Shown here one piece after another: positions 59,392-64,000 of a stretch of DNA of 64,000 nucleotides. Every line of letters begins with the position of its first letter. Positions within the stretch are counted from its first letter, which is position 1. Source of the DNA: Zygnema circumcarinatum SAG 698-1b (lineage: Eukaryota; Plantae; Zygnematophyceae). The notes under the pieces are model-generated. The model ran no database searches. It worked only from the letters and a program-made list of their open reading frames with translations, and had not been told where the DNA came from. Location: contig CM074816.1 of NCBI GenBank assembly GCA_037447605.1, positions 372,001 to 436,000 of the forward strand, written 5' to 3'. The translations under genes and the position numbers were made by a program.

Positions 59392-62300
59392 GCGGACCAG
59401 ATGCTGCAGCTGGAAGCGGAGTACGATGAAAGCGTTCTGCACTTTGAGAGGGTCCGCAAGAGCGCCTGCGCGCGCTCTGAAGTCGAGCAGTTGAAGCGGG
59501 AGGCGGCGGCGGTCGAGGAGGGGAACAGGGCCTTTGTGGAGGGGACCTGGCGGGCCGCACAGCAGACCCATGCAGCGGCGGAAGAGCGCTTAGCAGAAGC
59601 GATGAAGATGAAGGGGGTGATGGAGGAGGAGGCGAGGAAGCTCGAGAGGGTGGAGGCGGAGTCCAACAAGGTGAGCTTGATGGGACTCGCAGCTGCTTCA
59701 AGGAAAGGCACGAAATAAGCAATAGAGTTTGCAGTTTCAAGTGATAGCGATCTGCAGTGAGTTTTGTTTTGGATTTTTTGTTTCCTTATACTACCAATCT
59801 GACCCCTTTCAGTCTGCTCTTTTCGCAAGCCTTACTTCACTTTCTCCTCCTCGTTTACGGTTCAAGCTGTACAAATTGTTTGAGGTCTTTGCTTGAGATT
59901 GACCGGAGTGGTGTGATGTGGCGCGTCCTGACAGGCCCTCTTGAAAGCGATTGAAGAGAAGAACGAGCTTGCAGTTTTGCTTCGTGAGAGGAAGGAGCTG
60001 TTGGATCAAATTGAGAAGATGGAAGATGGCGAGGAGGTGATGAATGCCGCCATTGTGAACTTGACGAGGAAGAGATCGCAACTTTCAGATGAAGTTGATC
60101 ACTTGGAGGAGGTGAAGGCGCAGCTGCAGAACGGTGCAGCTGCAGAGGAGGGCGCGGCAGGGCTCCAAGCCAACAAGAGAAGGAGGACGACCGCGAGCTG
60201 AGTTGGCCTGCGAAAGGAATACTCTGCAATACCTCAATACGCAGGCATGTGTGAGGGAGGAAGGAGAGGGGAAGAGGGGGAGAGGAAGGTGAGAGAGGAG
60301 GTGGAAAGGTTGAACGGAGAGGTAGAGGGTCTTGGGTGCATATGGAAGGGAGAAAATATGAGTGGGAGAGGGATATAGGAGACCTTGCCTCTGCCCCCAT
60401 GAACGGATGTTATTCTTTGTTTTCCAGTTATTCTTAAAAGTCCTTACCTTGAATCTTAAAGCCATTGAATTCTTGAAACCCCCAAGGCATCAAATTCACA
60501 CATGATCTCAGTTTGAAGCAGATGTTTGGCCTTTTGTTTAACAGTTGGAGGTCCGAACCTCGGAAGCAGAGAGTGAGAACGATGTCTTAAGGAGCCATCT
60601 TTCGAGCCTCCAACAGGCAGGGGCGGCTGCTGCTGAAGCCATTCAGGAGAGTCCTTTGAGGAGGGAGGGAGAGGAGGAGGAGGGAGAGGAGCAGGAGGAG
60701 AAGCAAGAGCTCGAGTTAGCAGCCAAGAAGCAGATGGCGCTCACACGGACGATGGAAGTGGCACTGGTGAGGGAGAGGGAAGAGGGAGGGAGGGAGGGAG
60801 GGAGAGAGTTAAAGGAGTGGATGGTATTTTGATGATTGTAACTTCTAAACCTAAAATACCCTAAAGACTAAAAACATTTGATACTTATGTTTGAAGGTTT
60901 GTGTATGTGATGTTTGGCGGTGCAGGAGAGTTTGGAGACTCAGCGGTTGAAGGTGTTGGAGGTGGCGGGCAAACTAGAGGGACAGCTGGCAGAGGCTGTG
61001 GCCGATATGGAGGAGAGGGACACCCACATCAATTGGCTGCAGAATTCGCTGGCAGAGCTGCTTAGGCGAAAATCGCAGGTGACGAGGGAGAGAGAGAGGG
61101 AGGGGGGAGTGGAGGAGTGTGGAGTGGCGGAGTGGGAGGTTTAGTTTGCATTGGGGAGAAAGAGAAGGGACGTGTGTTGGGTTTGTGGTGGGCAGGGTGA
61201 AGAGAGAAGGTTCGAGTTTGCAGTAATGTGAAGGGAGAAGCAAGTTCAGTTTGGATGAGAGACTAACTTTCTTCTTTTGTTTGGAGCAGACTGAGCGATT
61301 TGTAGAGGAGGAACTTGGAAATGAAATGGAGAGGGAGGACTCAGAAAGGGCTTCGTCGCATGCAGAGCTGGAGGTGAGATCAGTTTGAGGTTTGGGGTTC
61401 AGAGTTTAGGGCTTTAAATTTAGGTGAATGGGTGAGAAAATAGAAGAGAGAAAGCACCTTCATGCTTACATTGTTTTCAGATGCTTTGAAGTCAACACTT
61501 TTCTGCTGCTTGTGCTCCCCGAGCTGCGGGTTTTATGCTTGCATTCAGTTCTCCGTTCCGTTGCGCTTTTGCGACCGCAGGCGGTGTTGGAGGCAGAGAG
61601 GGCGAGATATGCAGAGAAGGCGGAGAAGTTGGAGAGGCAACTGGCAGCCGTACATCTGGAGAAAAATGCAGCTCTGAATCACATAACAGAGCTGGAAAAT
61701 GCATTGGAGCAATTGGATCTCCAGGCAGAAGCTGTGAGTTCCATGCATCTGTTAACCCTAAAATGCATGTCTGAGAAAAGTTGAACTGCTTCCTGCTGCA
61801 CTGTCTGCACTGTCCCTCTTCCTGTGTTCTTATCCTTTTTGTTGTTTGTTTGCGTTATTTGCAGACTCAAAAATCTGCAGAGAAAATGCATGGAGCCATT
61901 CAGGTGGCTCTCCCGTCTCCTTTGAGACCTTTGAGGAGTCCGTCGAGGCATAGGGAGCAGACGGGAGGAGAGACTTCATATGAAGGGGAAACTGATAAAC
62001 TGAGCATGGAGCTCCATGTAAGACCGCGTTCAGCCAGTCGATGATTGCATAGAGCATGAACTCAAGTGATCTTCTTTTGCCAGTTTGGGATTTTAGGGGC
62101 GTTCAGTTTTTTATTCTGTGTAGCATTGTGAGGTCTAAATGGAGTATTGCTGTTTTCGCGGTGTTAATGGGTTCACGCAGGCATACTCGAGATCTATTCG
62201 GAATCAGTACGTCGATGCATCTCTACCGGTGAACGAGCAGGAGGGAGGAGTGGATGCCCTGGTCATGGTGAGTACACCCTCCATTCTCTCTGTCCCTTTC

Positions 62301-62500
62301 TCTCTCTCTTTCTCTCCGTCCTCTCGCCTCTAACAGCTCGTTCTCTCTCCCCCTTTCTGTATCAATAGGAATTGGTAGCCAGAGGGGCTTCGGAGGGTGC
62401 GGCGCGAAGATATGTGATAGGCTCCATGGCTCGTGAACGGCACAAAGTTCTCCAACAGGATGCGGAGGAGCGGCTGCCAAAGGCGAGCAGCTGCAAGTAG
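59392..62500 (+). CDS. Multi-exon coiled-coil protein of unknown function; 5' end uncertain
   Basis: About nine in-phase GT-AG exons rich in E/A/R/K/L heptads (e.g. ALLKAIEEKNELAVLLRERKELLDQIEK, AVLEAERARYAEKAEKLERQL), ending ERLPKASSCK*. Confidence 0.75.
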
Positions 62501-62679
62501 AGTTTAGGGTTTAAGAATTTAGGATCGTAGTGCTATGCAAGTAGTTACCGTGCACGCCGCTTGAAAGTGGTGCATGGTAAAAATAAGTCATTTTTGCATC
62601 CCAATGTCGAGCACTTCGGGACTTAGGTGTGGTCTTTGATTGAGTTTGCGATGTTTTTAGGGCTTTGTAAGTTTTTTGG
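61990..62679 (+). repeat. Second copy of the ~690-bp direct repeat (see 48727-49416)
   Basis: Sequence identity at offset 13263. Confidence 0.95.
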
Positions 62680-62740
62680 TTTAGGGTTTGTTGATCGAGA
62701 GCTTGCAGGTCTTGACTAAGTCATGCTGACAATTAGTATT

Positions 62741-62741
<1 letters not shown>

Positions 62742-62789
<48 letters not shown>
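62742..62789. repeat. (CCTG)12 microsatellite
   Basis: Directly visible. Confidence 0.97.
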
Positions 62790-62790
<1 letters not shown>

Positions 62791-64000
62791 AGGCATATCA
62801 TATATTATGACAGTTCTGTATATAGCCAGAGGAGTGGTACTTGGGTACGACATGAATATTTGAAAACAAAGGAACAAAAACAAATCTTTACATTTTTCTG
62901 TTCTTTTCTTTTTAAAGCAAAACAAGTAATCCTCCTAAAATACGTTAAACATTTCAATTCATCTTTTTGTTTTCAATCAATCCGCTTCTTCTTGACCCTA
63001 AAAGTAAAGCACTGAATTAGCAATTGTTCTAATTTCAACCACCTACATAGAGCTGGTCCAAACTTAAAGACTTATCACAAAAGATCACAACAGAAACTAA
63101 CACATTTCCTCCTGTTCCATGCACGCGGAAAGCTCCTTCACATGTTATAGCAACTCAGCATAATGCACCTACTTCCCTGAACCCTCCCTTGAAATCTGTA
63201 CAGCGCGACTAACAAATGGCTGAGAAACGTTTCCTCTCCCTCCCCGTCTCCCTCCCCCTTCCCCTCCCTCCCTCCCTCCCTCCCTCCTACCTCCTCCTAC
63301 CCTCCTTGGCGCTACATGGCGGTCGGAGCCGGGCTGCCGCTTTTTACTTTGAAGACATGCCACAGTGGGAGAATCTTCAGCCTCTGTAAATGTTTTGGAA
63401 AAGCTCAACATATGTGAAAATTTTGAGAAGGGTATTCTCCTTTCTCTCAACTTCAAAAGTGTGAAATACTTAGGTTTTGAAAAGGACAGGTCTGGGCGCC
63501 ATATCCAACTCCACCATCAAACAACAAAGGTGCAAAGTTTGGTCTCATGCACTGTAACAGCAGGACGACGACATGTACAGTGAAGAATTTGACATCCCCA
63601 ATATGCAAATTGACAACAATTCAACAGTGAAAGGAAGGGAGCACAAAGTTGACAATTGAGAGTCTCGCTCGCATCTTTCAACCGAGAGAAAAAATTAAGT
63701 GTGTCGAATGTGACCCACTTTTTCAACAGACCTTGACCTCCCCTTAAAGCTAAGTTCTGCCCAACAATGAATCCTACCTAAAACTGCAACCTAAAGGTGC
63801 ACCTTAAAATGAAATAACTATGAACTAACTTTGAATCCAAAATGGACACCTGCGCAAGAGAGTGCATCTCTCTTTTGCCGGGTCCAACCATGTCTTTCTA
63901 TGTGCAAAATTAGCCCCGCATTCAAAATCGTTTGCAACTTACAAAAAAAGGGGGAGACCTTGACCCGAGAGGTCAAAAAATAAACTCCAAACGATGAAAG

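Noticed and set aside
63280-63900. Possible 3' exons of a minus-strand gene (KDMVGPGKREMHSLAQ|RLKILPLWHVFKV)
   Set aside because: The splice sites are plausible but there is no recognisable family and the gene would run off the window.

Overview
Eukaryotic, intron-rich genomic DNA with many GA/CT microsatellites and five N gaps. The gene set (ARABIDILLO, galacturonokinase, STR11, At1g67340-type F-box) points to a streptophyte, probably an alga; the species cannot be determined from the sequence. The first 49 kb holds 12 genes in strictly alternating orientation: EDA18-like RING (-), GCR1_C-domain ORF (+), ARABIDILLO (-), cysteine synthase (+), CNX3/MoaC (-), GalAK (+), histidine phosphatase (-), STR11 (+), F-box/SEL1/MYND copy 1 (-), copy 2 (+), an unknown twin-repeat protein (-) and a coiled-coil-associated exon (+). 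From 45 to 63 kb the sequence is a patchwork: an exact ~690 bp duplication, 5'-truncated CIA1 and DHRS7-like genes, a JMJD5-like gene, a third gapped F-box copy, a TA-flanked MITE and a coiled-coil gene. This patchwork may be real rearrangement or draft-assembly artefact. The most unusual items are the stand-alone GCR1_C (Crypton/Gcr1-type) protein, the small protein with a duplicated unrecognised 56-aa domain, the inverted F-box pair and a telomere-like (GGGCAT)n array. All family calls are from motif recognition by eye; no database searches were run.
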